Shown piece by piece: positions 47,403 to 57,269 of a stretch of DNA of 64,000 nucleotides. The stretch comes from a virus. The stretch is from IMG/VR virus record IMGVR_UViG_3300020159_001521, positions 32,001 through 96,000 of that record. The stretch is one strand, 5' to 3'. Position 1 is the stretch's first letter. Every line of letters starts with the position of its first letter. Made by a program: the position numbers and the translations under genes. Below the pieces are notes generated by a model. The model had not been told where the DNA came from. It saw only the letters and a list, made by a program, of their open reading frames with translations, and did no database searches.

Positions 47403-47984
47403 TTACCATGTTGCTATTGCTACACGCTTCCATGTATTGGTTGCTGTACAAACGTATATGTGGTTAGCATCAATTCTTATTTCTCCAAGAGTTCCTGTTG
47501 CTGCTGCTGTTGCAGGAGCTGTGTTTAGTGCTGAGAGATTGTATTGTGTACCTCTTATTGTACCAGCTACATCTAATTTATATCCAGTATTGCTATCACC
47601 TGTTCCTATACCTACATTACCATCAAGAAATATTCGTACATTCTCAGTGTTGTTTGTTCCAAACACCAATGGGTGATTACTAAATGTACCTATTGCAAAT
47701 GGTAAACCTTGTGTAAATATTAATGTAGCAGTGTTTCCAGCAAAACCAAATCTTGTATTTCCTGACTGACCAACATATGAAGTACTTGATGTGAAAGTAC
47801 TTATTATTAGACTAGACGTTGCACTTATGTTGCTATTTCCTAAAGTGTTTGGTCCAACGTATTTTGGAATAAAATTAGTTGTTCCTGTTCCTATAGAACT
47901 ACCAATTAAGTCATCAAGATTCAACCATCCTTTGTATCCTTTCTGTACCTTTTCCCAATAGCCTGTTTTAATAAACGTTGGCAT
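47403..47984 (-). CDS. Short fibre/decoration protein
   Basis: GNVGIGT...KLDVAG fibre motif; C-terminal G..GEIR.D..YVCTATNTWKRVA; N-terminus shared with 57270-58235. Confidence 0.75.
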   Translation of the reverse strand: MPTFIKTGYWEKVQKGYKGWLNLDDLIGSSIGTGTTNFIPKYVGPNTLGNSNISATSSLIISTFTSSTSYVGQSGNTRFGFAGNTATLIFTQGLPFAIGTFSNHPLVFGTNNTENVRIFLDGNVGIGTGDSNTGYKLDVAGTIRGTQYNLSALNTAPATAAATGTLGEIRIDANHIYVCTATNTWKRVAIATW

Positions 47985-47989
47985 ATATA

Positions 47990-48274
47990 TTAATTTAATT
48001 CTATTTCAAAAACAATTGTTGCAGAACTCTTAATCGACTTGCTCAAATTGAGCTTTATGTGTAAGAGATTGTGGAATTTTAATATCTCCTCTAGAAGCAT
48101 ATCGTTGTACATGGGTACAGATGGTGCTAATCTGAAATGCAGAGAATTAGGATTTCTTGTCACTTCCAATGTACACAGCTCATCAACTGATTCAATTATT
48201 CCCTCTAGATGTGCCAGATAAGCTATTTCATTATCTGGCAACACCTTAGGAAAGAATCTTGTGTTAATTTGCAT
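47990..48274 (-). CDS. Hypothetical protein
   Basis: 94 aa in operon. Confidence 0.75.
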   Translation of the reverse strand: MQINTRFFPKVLPDNEIAYLAHLEGIIESVDELCTLEVTRNPNSLHFRLAPSVPMYNDMLLEEILKFHNLLHIKLNLSKSIKSSATIVFEIELN

Positions 48275-48687
48275 TAGCTCAGTGTTAGCAGATACTTTGT
48301 TTTAGCAGCTTCGCCAGATAGTGCATCAGCCAGATTTGCTATATCGTGATAGGAATTACCTTCAGCATAGCTCTTTAAACTAGATGAAAAGCTAAGAAGT
48401 TCACTAACAACAGCATCTGGTGTAGAGCTTGTCAATTGTTCCATCTTAACTGTTCCAGGTCTTTTTCCTGTATATCCCATAAGCTTCTCTATAACACCAT
48501 CTTTAAAATCATGTACATAATCGTACAATCCTCCAAGAGCTTGATGCGTAGCGTAGCTGCTTGTCTGCCAATGCAATAAGTGTAGCTGCTCATGAAAATA
48601 CGTAAGCTTGCTAGCAATTGCTTCCAGAGACATTTCTTGAGGAGAAGACTTAATCATCTCCTCAGGAAAAAGTGATTTTAATGCCAT
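48274..48687 (-). CDS. Ferritin/Dps-like protein (DUF5856-like)
   Basis: LHLLHWQT.SYA.HQALG.LYD...D..IE...KYLLTL. Confidence 0.85.
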   Translation of the reverse strand: MALKSLFPEEMIKSSPQEMSLEAIASKLTYFHEQLHLLHWQTSSYATHQALGGLYDYVHDFKDGVIEKLMGYTGKRPGTVKMEQLTSSTPDAVVSELLSFSSSLKSYAEGNSYHDIANLADALSGEAAKTKYLLTLS

Positions 48688-48711
48688 TATGATAAGTTTT
48701 GTTATTTGCCA

Positions 48712-49107
48712 CTAAGCCTTCAAGATGTTGTCATACTTAACTCTCAAATAACCAATGTTGTGGTCAAACACTACAAAACTAGGATTGAGTTCCATTGCTT
48801 GTTGAGCAAGTACACCTTTTGTAGGATTGTTAGCAACACCAAGAGATACAGCTTTAGCATTCCATTCCCAAGTGTATTCAGGAAGGCTTCCTATAAAGTT
48901 ACCTGTAGCTCTAATGTTTCTTTTCAGACGGATATCTGATACAGTGGTAGTTGTAGTGGTGGTAGGAGCACAGCACTCATATGCTTGTATCTCAATCCAT
49001 TTACCCACCTTAGGCATCTTCTTCCTGAGAATAAGGCTCCCAGGCACCACTCGCCCAGAACCATCAAAGCGTACATACGCTTTCAAATCTTTACGATTGT
49101 TTCCCAT
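48712..49107 (-). CDS. Poly-Thr micro-protein fused to a peptidase S74 intramolecular chaperone
   Basis: CCAPTTTTTTTV followed by SDIRLKRNI...Y.WEW...GVLAQ...P..V...GYLRV.Y. Confidence 0.85.
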   Translation of the reverse strand: MGNNRKDLKAYVRFDGSGRVVPGSLILRKKMPKVGKWIEIQAYECCAPTTTTTTTVSDIRLKRNIRATGNFIGSLPEYTWEWNAKAVSLGVANNPTKGVLAQQAMELNPSFVVFDHNIGYLRVKYDNILKA

Positions 49108-49125
49108 TTTACTTAATTTTTGCTT

Positions 49126-50145
49126 TTAATAATTGAAATTGTATTTCTGTTTGACATCAAACATTCGTGTTACGTAGTAGTGATTACAAAGTGTTTTACT
49201 GAGTTCACTATTCAGCACTTCCTCTAGATGAGGATCTTGGAAAGGGTTTTTTCCTGAATGATAGAGTCCTTTGTAGAATGTTGGAATTGCTCCTTGGTTA
49301 TTAGCTACAATGCCTGCATTGTGTAATATACCCACCCTATCTAGTTTCTCTATTCCATCTGAACTCCATGCGAATTCCATTTCAGGAATCACTCTTGTTT
49401 CTTTCTCTCTGAGCCACAGATTCCAAAGCACAGCCCACATATCAGCACACCAACTCTGGAACCCTTTGTTCTCATTCTCAAAGAACTGTCTATTTACGTT
49501 CATTAAATATGACCTAATCATCAGACAATGACTTGTCACATTATCCCAAAACCCTGCATCTATGTTCTTAAGGAGATATTGTGCTCCTCCAGAATGTAGA
49601 TTGTTCTTTTCACATATCTCTCTTGTTATTCCAACTAAACTTGTGGTTTCAGAGAGAATATCTGTTTTCTCGTAGTCTTCCAGTTTTTCAGGAAGAACAT
49701 CTTTTATCTTACTATCAAAATATGATGCACTTATGTAACTGTTTGTATCAGACAGATAACAAATATCATCATCTATATAAGCGTCTATGTTAAATCTTTC
49801 TGTGAATACGATGTCACAATCGCAATAGAAGATTGCCTTATTCACCATCTCTGGATGTTCTTTGAAGTATTTCATCAAAGTGTAAGGACGTAATACAGGA
49901 ATGTAGAGGCTAAATGTTTTGCTTATACCATCTACATCTTTGTAATATGCAAATTCAGATTCTGGATAGAGAGCTTCCAGGTCTTTCCATTTCTCATTGA
50001 AGTCTCTGAAGTTTGGTGTGAAGACAAGAACAATAGCCTTGTCACTCTTACCAATCATCTTTAAACTCTCAAGCCATGTGTGCACTTGCCAAACGTAGTA
50101 ATCATCATCTGGCTGTACGCAGACGAATTTAAGATCCTTTGCCAT
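49126..50145 (-). CDS. GT-A fold glycosyltransferase (GT95/GT96-like)
   Basis: YxWQ, Y.P..RPY, FYCDCDIVF (DxD), GGAQYL, WCADMWA, H.AG. Confidence 0.7.
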   Translation of the reverse strand: MAKDLKFVCVQPDDDYYVWQVHTWLESLKMIGKSDKAIVLVFTPNFRDFNEKWKDLEALYPESEFAYYKDVDGISKTFSLYIPVLRPYTLMKYFKEHPEMVNKAIFYCDCDIVFTERFNIDAYIDDDICYLSDTNSYISASYFDSKIKDVLPEKLEDYEKTDILSETTSLVGITREICEKNNLHSGGAQYLLKNIDAGFWDNVTSHCLMIRSYLMNVNRQFFENENKGFQSWCADMWAVLWNLWLREKETRVIPEMEFAWSSDGIEKLDRVGILHNAGIVANNQGAIPTFYKGLYHSGKNPFQDPHLEEVLNSELSKTLCNHYYVTRMFDVKQKYNFNY

Positions 50146-50172
50146 ATGTAATTTTGGTTTATTGTTTCCTTA

Positions 50173-50313
50173 TTAAGGAGCCACAGTTGTAGTGGTGGTA
50201 GTAGTGGTAGCAGGTCCTGCTGTTATTTGAATCAGTCTTTCTAACTTCTTAGAAATCTGCCAAAGCAAATTAGACTCGTTGCTCCAACCAATTTGTTTAT
50301 TAGGAACTGCCAT
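50173..50313 (-). CDS. Poly-Thr micro-protein (46 aa, not in ORF track)
   Basis: MAVPNKQIGWSNESNLLWQISKKLERLIQITAGPATTTTTTTTVAP; N-terminus homologous to 55798-57267. Confidence 0.85.
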   Translation of the reverse strand: MAVPNKQIGWSNESNLLWQISKKLERLIQITAGPATTTTTTTTVAP

Positions 50314-50348
50314 AATTAAAAGTTTTAACGAAGAGAAGAGGGAGGCTA

Positions 50349-50522
50349 TTAAGCCTCTCCTCCTTTGTCTTCTTCTTTGAGAATTTTCTCACTAACGGTG
50401 TTAAAAGCTGTGATAGCTGCAAGTGAGTCGTTTAAGGATTTAAACAGTCCTTTTTCACTTGCGAGGTCAAGAATCATTTTGATCACCTCAAGAGCTTGCT
50501 TTTCTGTCATTTGTGGATTCAT
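50349..50522 (-). CDS. Small hypothetical protein (57 aa)
   Basis: MNPQMTEKQALEVIK...; TATATTTG box on minus strand at 50548-50555. Confidence 0.7.
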   Translation of the reverse strand: MNPQMTEKQALEVIKMILDLASEKGLFKSLNDSLAAITAFNTVSEKILKEEDKGGEA

Positions 50523-50561
50523 ACTAGTTGATTTTTAATTGTTTACGCAAATATAATAACC

Positions 50562-50855
50562 TTATGGGACAATGACAACATTAAGTTTAGCAGCTACAAT
50601 TACGTAAGCTTCAGCATTAACATCACTACTAGCTCCCCAGTCAATATACTCTTGACCAGAAATACCTTCGTTACCTACGGACAACACTTGTCCACCGATT
50701 ACATTACCTTCTGCATCTGTAACATCTGCTGATTTAAGTTCATAATAGAACGTAGCTGCTGTAGCCAAATCATCATTAATGATGCGAAGATTGAATTGTG
50801 TAGCTTCTTTCACTACACCATTTACCCAAATACTAACTGGTTCAATTTGTGCCAT
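50562..50855 (-). CDS. Hypothetical protein (fibre-associated)
   Basis: I.PV.IW.NG...DDL...ATFYY.L. Confidence 0.8.
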   Translation of the reverse strand: MAQIEPVSIWVNGVVKEATQFNLRIINDDLATAATFYYELKSADVTDAEGNVIGGQVLSVGNEGISGQEYIDWGASSDVNAEAYVIVAAKLNVVIVP

Positions 50856-50874
50856 TTTGTTTGAATTTTAATTG

Positions 50875-51165
50875 TTAAATAATTTCTGCTTGTATATCTT
50901 CTGTTACAACACCCTCTTCTACAGGAGCTGGTTGAACAAACCAACCGTTTGCTTCCATATAAGCTTGGTCTTGTAAAGATGCTATTTCTTCTTCTGTAAG
51001 GAGATTTTCTTGGTCTTCAGGAATCTGAAGAGCGCCTTCAAGTGTGGTAGGATGAACTATCCATCCAAACCAATATTGTGTAACACCCGAGCAGCCTTGA
51101 GCTACAGCTATCTCGTGACTTCTGTCTTGTGCTTCTTGCTCTGTAGGGAAAATCAAATAAAGCAT
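50875..51165 (-). CDS. Hypothetical protein (possible fibre chaperone)
   Basis: Immediately downstream of the large fibre gene. Confidence 0.75.
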   Translation of the reverse strand: MLYLIFPTEQEAQDRSHEIAVAQGCSGVTQYWFGWIVHPTTLEGALQIPEDQENLLTEEEIASLQDQAYMEANGWFVQPAPVEEGVVTEDIQAEII

Positions 51166-51166
51166 A

Positions 51167-54100
51167 TTAGTATATTTTATAATAGTTGTTTATGTTGGAT
51201 TGTATAGGGATTCTAGAAGGTAATTGATTTGTGGTATACAATATAATCTCTTGCATTTCTCCATTGAATGTAAATGACCCACCAACACCACCAAGAGTAG
51301 CAAATGAAGATGCCGTATTAGATGTAGTTCCGTCTGTCAAGAAAGATGTATTTGATCCGTCAATTACCCCATTAACATATTGGAAACCATCGCTCGTTAA
51401 GTATTGAATAGCGGAATAAAGTAAAGCTTGAGCATTTATCGATATCGACCCAGTAAGAGCACTAACTGTATCTCCGTCTAATCTTCTAGCATCTATTTTA
51501 TATACAGATCCATCTATATACGGACCAAATCTAACAGTACCCGAAGAAGTACTGAAGAATATTATTACCTTAGCTATAGCAGCAGCTGGGTTATTGGTAA
51601 CAACTGAGAACATATTAGCATATCCAACATTCTGAAGTGTATTCAATCCATTTGGAATATTGAAGTTGTCATTAGTTCCATCAAAGAAAACAGCTGGTTT
51701 TCCGTTCTCCGTATCCACCACCCCAGCATTCACTATCCTCGGTTGGTTAGCAGCAGTTCCTTGAACAGCATTTCTAGCATTACCACTCTGATCATACCAC
51801 GTTGTTACAAATCCACTGTTAGCACCTACGAAGGCTACTAATGAGGCTATATCTAAATCACCCCCGAACGTGCCATATATATCCCTCTCTACGTTATCAC
51901 TACTCCTCCTCACTCTGATCAATGGACCAGTGTAGGCAGAGCTGAGGTTGCGGAGAGAATATGCTGCACTAGCTCCACTGTAGTTATCAAGTAGTGCTGT
52001 TCCGTTTCCTTGCCAGTAGATTTGGTAGTAGGAATTGATGTTGGAAGATATGGTTGGTCTGTTGGATAATTGGTTTGACATATATAACACAAGCTCAGAA
52101 GCTTCTGCGTTTGATCTTTCTAATGCAAGACCTCCTATTAAATTAAATGACGAAGAAAGAGATGTGTACGTTAATGGACCACTAAGAGAAAGTTGAACTC
52201 CGTTTAGAAATGCATTTGCAGATGAGCCTCTAGAAAAACCGCTTGTCAGATTAAATGTAGTTGATAGTTCTGAAACTGTATAATAATAGTCAGTACTACC
52301 ATCATTTTGAAGATATAAATTACCATCAGAATATCTACCAAAGAATACTGATGGTGGTCCAGTAACTGAACCAACTCCAAATCCTATAGCAGACGGACTG
52401 TTACTTCTTGCAGTATAAAACATAGACCAATCCAAATTGCTTGTTTCAATGTTCGGCATAGTAAAACTATCCGTCCCATCAAAGAACAAAGATGGTTTAT
52501 TCCCCTCACTCTCCACTCCTCCACTGTTAACTATTCTTGGTTGAGAAGCTGCTGTGGCTTGAATGGCATCTCTTCTTTGAGAGACGGTGGTGGTGGTGGC
52601 TGTGTAGGGTTGTAAAGTACCTTCACTTAGTTGAGCGCCCCAAATGTATACTCCCGAACCAACAACTCCAAGATAGCTAAAAGTAGATCCGTTTGTCAAT
52701 AGCCCACATTGAATAATGTGAGCACCAGTTTTGTTAGTGTTTCCAGTTACTGTACATCTGTACCATCCATCTCCAACTGGAGTTATCGAATTTCCCAAAT
52801 TTACACTAGCTCCAGTGGCATTACTTGAAAATACGGTTCCATTAGATAGATTAAATACGCATCCAAAGTAATCAAATGGGGCACTACCTAAAAACATACC
52901 AACACTAGCAAAAGTTCTTTCTGCAGCTTTCAAATAAAAAGATACAGTAAATGTAGATGCTGTTGCTATGCTATATGTCTGCCCAATCCAGTGCTGGTCA
53001 TTTACAGCAGTTTCATTAAGTTTATCAGCAGTTAGTGTTCCATCGGGAGCAGCTGTACTGTCTTGAGTGATAGATGAATTAGATTTACTCCAACTAGCAT
53101 TCTCAAATGTTTGACTCTGCAACAACAGATTCTGATAGTTATTATCTTGTGTGTACCACTTAGTGACAAAAGCATTTGCGCCATTGACAGCTGTTGTGGT
53201 GGTTGGGATGTAGGGTTGGAGGATGCCCGTGTTTAGTTGTGCTCCCCATACATATATCCCCGAACCAGCGGTTCCAATATAAAATCGTTGAAATGAATTA
53301 TCAAGTATTTCTATTTGTACAGAATGATTTCCAATGGTGTTAGTGTTGCCAGTGACAGAACATCTGTACCAGCCATTCCCAACAGACTGAATAGATGAAG
53401 ATATAAAAACTGCAGCTGCATCACTTCCATTTTTATATACAGTACCATTTGACAAATCAAAATAAGAGTTAAAGTTGCTATATGTGCCGCTACTTAGATA
53501 AAAAACTACAAATATTTTTGACCTCTCTGCTGCTTTAGCATAAAATGACAATGTGTAAGTAGATGATGCAGGAACATTAGATCCTTGATATGCAGCATGT
53601 TGCCCACCAACAGCAGTCTCCGTAATCTTATCAGCAGTAAGTGTACCATCGGGGGCTATAGTAGCATTTGCAGTTATAGTACTACCAACTTTAGTCCAAA
53701 CTGCATTCGTAAAATCCTCCGAGTTCGTCAAAAGATTCTGTCCACCCGTAAATGACAACAGAGAAGCTACATCCAAATCACCACTGTATGTACCACCAAT
53801 ATCTGTCTCTGCGTTGTCAGAGCTTCTTCTCACTCTTATTAATGGTCCTCTGTATGAAGAGGATAGGTTTCTTAATGAATAAGCAGCTGCTGCTCCCCCG
53901 AACTGATCCAATAACCCACTACTAGCACCAGTCCAATGGGTTTGGTAATAAGCTCCTATGTTACGTTCGATATCTGCTCTAGTGGATGTACGGTCTGAGT
54001 TGTATACAATGATCTCACCAATCTCACCGCCCATAAAAATTTCATTAGCATTTAGTGAACCTCTTGTTGCTCCAATTTGAGTAACTGGATTTACAGAACC

Positions 54101-55789
54101 AGCAACAGTAGTTGAAACAGATGCCCCAGCTATAGAATCAGCAAAAGCAGTTATTGAAGAACCCGTAAATATACCACTAGCAACAAGATAGTTTTGTAAT
54201 GAAGTATAAGCAAAAGCAGTTGGAAATGTAGTTGCATCAGCTCTTTGGGCCTCAAATCTTTTATTCGAGTTATTCAAATAAAGCAGAGCATCTCTAGAGA
54301 AGTTAGAAGAAGAACCTCTACTATAAATAGTGTTTGTAACAACGGAAGGAATAGTGTTAACTGCTGTAGAGAATATAGACCAAACTGGTAGAGCTATATC
54401 TGTAACACTTAAGAAATCATCCACACCATCAAACCTTATCGAAGCCTTCCCATTCTCTCTCTCTATAACTCCACCACCAACAATTCTTGGTTGGTTGGCA
54501 GCTGTAGATTGAGAGGCGTCTCTTCTGAGGATGGCTGCAGTTGTGGTCACTTGATAGGGTTGTAGCCAACTAGATTGAGAGAGTTGAGCGCCCCAAATGA
54601 AAACGCTTTCTGAAGCAAAAAGTTGAAACGAAGCAACAGAAGCTACACCAACAGTTAAACATGTTGTACCAACATAAAGTCTAACCCACCCATTTGGCAA
54701 TATTTGTCTACCAAAAAAAGCACAACTAGAAGAAATTGCATCTGTATCAAAGTTATAAGTGACTTGAGGATAACCAACAGAAGCACCCCATTTAGCGTTC
54801 ATTTGAGCCAAATCGCCACTTAGATCTAAATGTAAAGATACAGTTGATGTAGATGTTTTCTTTATATAAGCAGAAAATGTGTAAAAGGATCCAGCTGTTT
54901 TAGTATAAGTCTGACCTAATCTAGAAACAACTCCCGAAGTATATGTTATAGTGTCTGCAGTTAGAGTGCTGTTTGGTGCTGTTGTAGAATTTGGAGTGAC
55001 TGTAGCTATCGAACCAAACCCAGCATTATTAGCCCACGCAGCATTTTCAAATTGCTCAGAAAATGTCAACAAATTCTCTCCATTACTATCTTGTGTATAC
55101 CATTTAGTAACAAATCCATCCCCCGAACGGGCAGCACTTATGGTCACTTGATATGGTTGAGCTGTGATGCCAGCGTTTAGTTGGGCGCCCCAAATTAATA
55201 AGTCAGCCGACGAAGTGCTGCTTCTTACTATTGATTGAAAGTTACCAGCAACAGCAACAAATGAAAATGTAAATCTTTGCCAGTCATTAGTAGCAGTAAA
55301 ATTTCCGCTTACTATACTCCCATTACACGGAGCCATAGCAAACTGCTGGTTAACACCAGTGTTTGACTTAGCCCAAACAGACATTGTGTAACTCTGCCCA
55401 ACAGTTAACGCAATATTTTGATCTAACCAATAAGGTAAAGCTGTACTAAGAAGCCTAGAAGCTGTATTCCCACCTAATGGATCTGTCCCAGCATTTGCGG
55501 TTATTGTAACACTTGCCTTACCCCAGCTAGCACTTGTAAATTCTTGACTAACCCTAAACAGATTCTCATAACCAACAAAGTTCATCAGAGCTGTTTCATC
55601 AATTGCACCTCCACTAAATCCAATATCTTGTTCTGCATTATCAAATGATCTTCTCACCCTAACAGCAGATCCACCGTATGCACTGCTTAAGAGCCTTGTA
55701 GAATAGGCTGCTGCAGCTCCTCCAAATGTATCAAGAGGAGGAACTATATTCCCACGAGAAGAAGCAATTATGCCTAATGTTAAACTCAT
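51167..55789 (-). CDS. Large fibre/spike protein with repeated lectin-like domains
   Basis: Three AAAAYS.R.L...VRRS.DN.E.DI...WY.Q...QPRIV modules and four NLL..S..F....W...WGAQL modules; likely start MSLTLGIIASS. Confidence 0.85.
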   Translation of the reverse strand: MSLTLGIIASSRGNIVPPLDTFGGAAAAYSTRLLSSAYGGSAVRVRRSFDNAEQDIGFSGGAIDETALMNFVGYENLFRVSQEFTSASWGKASVTITANAGTDPLGGNTASRLLSTALPYWLDQNIALTVGQSYTMSVWAKSNTGVNQQFAMAPCNGSIVSGNFTATNDWQRFTFSFVAVAGNFQSIVRSSTSSADLLIWGAQLNAGITAQPYQVTISAARSGDGFVTKWYTQDSNGENLLTFSEQFENAAWANNAGFGSIATVTPNSTTAPNSTLTADTITYTSGVVSRLGQTYTKTAGSFYTFSAYIKKTSTSTVSLHLDLSGDLAQMNAKWGASVGYPQVTYNFDTDAISSSCAFFGRQILPNGWVRLYVGTTCLTVGVASVASFQLFASESVFIWGAQLSQSSWLQPYQVTTTAAILRRDASQSTAANQPRIVGGGVIERENGKASIRFDGVDDFLSVTDIALPVWSIFSTAVNTIPSVVTNTIYSRGSSSNFSRDALLYLNNSNKRFEAQRADATTFPTAFAYTSLQNYLVASGIFTGSSITAFADSIAGASVSTTVAGSVNPVTQIGATRGSLNANEIFMGGEIGEIIVYNSDRTSTRADIERNIGAYYQTHWTGASSGLLDQFGGAAAAYSLRNLSSSYRGPLIRVRRSSDNAETDIGGTYSGDLDVASLLSFTGGQNLLTNSEDFTNAVWTKVGSTITANATIAPDGTLTADKITETAVGGQHAAYQGSNVPASSTYTLSFYAKAAERSKIFVVFYLSSGTYSNFNSYFDLSNGTVYKNGSDAAAVFISSSIQSVGNGWYRCSVTGNTNTIGNHSVQIEILDNSFQRFYIGTAGSGIYVWGAQLNTGILQPYIPTTTTAVNGANAFVTKWYTQDNNYQNLLLQSQTFENASWSKSNSSITQDSTAAPDGTLTADKLNETAVNDQHWIGQTYSIATASTFTVSFYLKAAERTFASVGMFLGSAPFDYFGCVFNLSNGTVFSSNATGASVNLGNSITPVGDGWYRCTVTGNTNKTGAHIIQCGLLTNGSTFSYLGVVGSGVYIWGAQLSEGTLQPYTATTTTVSQRRDAIQATAASQPRIVNSGGVESEGNKPSLFFDGTDSFTMPNIETSNLDWSMFYTARSNSPSAIGFGVGSVTGPPSVFFGRYSDGNLYLQNDGSTDYYYTVSELSTTFNLTSGFSRGSSANAFLNGVQLSLSGPLTYTSLSSSFNLIGGLALERSNAEASELVLYMSNQLSNRPTISSNINSYYQIYWQGNGTALLDNYSGASAAYSLRNLSSAYTGPLIRVRRSSDNVERDIYGTFGGDLDIASLVAFVGANSGFVTTWYDQSGNARNAVQGTAANQPRIVNAGVVDTENGKPAVFFDGTNDNFNIPNGLNTLQNVGYANMFSVVTNNPAAAIAKVIIFFSTSSGTVRFGPYIDGSVYKIDARRLDGDTVSALTGSISINAQALLYSAIQYLTSDGFQYVNGVIDGSNTSFLTDGTTSNTASSFATLGGVGGSFTFNGEMQEIILYTTNQLPSRIPIQSNINNYYKIY

Positions 55790-55797
55790 ATAATGAT

Positions 55798-57267
55798 TTA
55801 TACAGTTATGTCTCCAAATAAATACCACTCATCTGTTCCTATCTTCACAAGAGAAGCACCGCTATATTGAGCAGCGAGTTTAAGAGCTCCAAGAGCACTT
55901 CTCACAGTTACACCTGCTCCTGGAACAATTGATGTTTGTCCTGCTCCATATTGAGCTATGTCTATTTTTGTTCCTATTGGGAATGTTATTGAGCTGTTTG
56001 GTGGAACAGTGAGAGTGTTTGCTGCTCCAACGTTTGTTTCAACCAACTTACCTCTATCAGCCAAAGCAAGTGTATATGATGCAGTTTGTCTGTTTGTAGT
56101 GATGGTTTCTCGCAACACTCCATTTATTAACAATCCACCACCTAGAAAATTATCAGCTGTACCTTGTCCATATAATCCCCAGCCTGTGTTATTAGACCAT
56201 TCAATACTCCTCCAATCTGCTGCAGCGGTCAATGTAGGTTGAACATATAAACCTCTTGTTATACCATTTGCCCCTCCTGCTTGATTAATAGTAGGATTAA
56301 GCAATGCCAAAATTGTAGTAGCGTTTCCACTTGTAGGAGCAAAAGTTTCAGTTCCCTGTATAACTATATTACCACCACTTGTTCTTACAACATTTGCACT
56401 ATGGTTTGCAAGTAATACATTCGTTGCATTAAAATATGTTTGTAAAGTGATTACATTACTACTCGCCCAATTTGCTTCTAATAAAATATTTTGATTTTGT
56501 TGTGCCCTTAAAGTATTTGAGTTAAGAGTAGGAGTTGTTAATGAACTTCTTGAAAATGCATCACCATTATTAGATATTTGAAATTGGGTAACTCCACCTA
56601 AATTTCTGGTAATAAAATGTAATGTATTTAAATTATCTGTTCCTGTAATATTTAAAATATCAGTAAAAAGACTTGTTCCATTAACCTGCAATCTCTGACC
56701 ACCGTCTAAGAATGTACCTCCGTTTTGAAGAACTACATTTCTTGTAATACCGAACATAGTCATTCCTACTGTGTCATTTGTACCGAATGTTAATGGTGCA
56801 GTTGTTCCTGTTAAGAATGTAAGACCGTTTACAAGTGATGAACTTGACCGAAACCTTGCTTGATTAGCTGATAATGTACTGTGATTTGAGCCGAATACTT
56901 GTAATGATAAACCTCCTACATTGCTTAATATAAGTATATCTGAGATAGCACTTGTTCCTGTCGATGGATTACTTATAAGCATTCTTACAGTTCCATCAAC
57001 TGTTTTTACTATACTTAAATCATTTGAAGGCGTATTAGTCCCAATCCCCAACCTCCCTTGAGCATTATCCCAAAACAGATTATTAGATCCTGTAATGTTT
57101 GTAGCAGCATTCCAGAATGTCACTTGACCATTTGCACCACCACCTGTAATAGTGCCACCACCACCACCACCGCCTGAAGCAGCTGTTACAGCAGCGAGTC
57201 TATCAAGTTGCATTGATATATTGTATAGGAGATTAGATTCCTGACTCCAACCTATTTGTCTTGGCAT
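55798..57267 (-). CDS. Fibre protein
   Basis: RLGIGTNTP motif; C-terminal YTL.L.D.GK...FPIGT.I.I.Q.GAGQ...W.LFGD. Confidence 0.85.
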   Translation of the reverse strand: MPRQIGWSQESNLLYNISMQLDRLAAVTAASGGGGGGGTITGGGANGQVTFWNAATNITGSNNLFWDNAQGRLGIGTNTPSNDLSIVKTVDGTVRMLISNPSTGTSAISDILILSNVGGLSLQVFGSNHSTLSANQARFRSSSSLVNGLTFLTGTTAPLTFGTNDTVGMTMFGITRNVVLQNGGTFLDGGQRLQVNGTSLFTDILNITGTDNLNTLHFITRNLGGVTQFQISNNGDAFSRSSLTTPTLNSNTLRAQQNQNILLEANWASSNVITLQTYFNATNVLLANHSANVVRTSGGNIVIQGTETFAPTSGNATTILALLNPTINQAGGANGITRGLYVQPTLTAAADWRSIEWSNNTGWGLYGQGTADNFLGGGLLINGVLRETITTNRQTASYTLALADRGKLVETNVGAANTLTVPPNSSITFPIGTKIDIAQYGAGQTSIVPGAGVTVRSALGALKLAAQYSGASLVKIGTDEWYLFGDITV

Positions 57268-57269
57268 AA

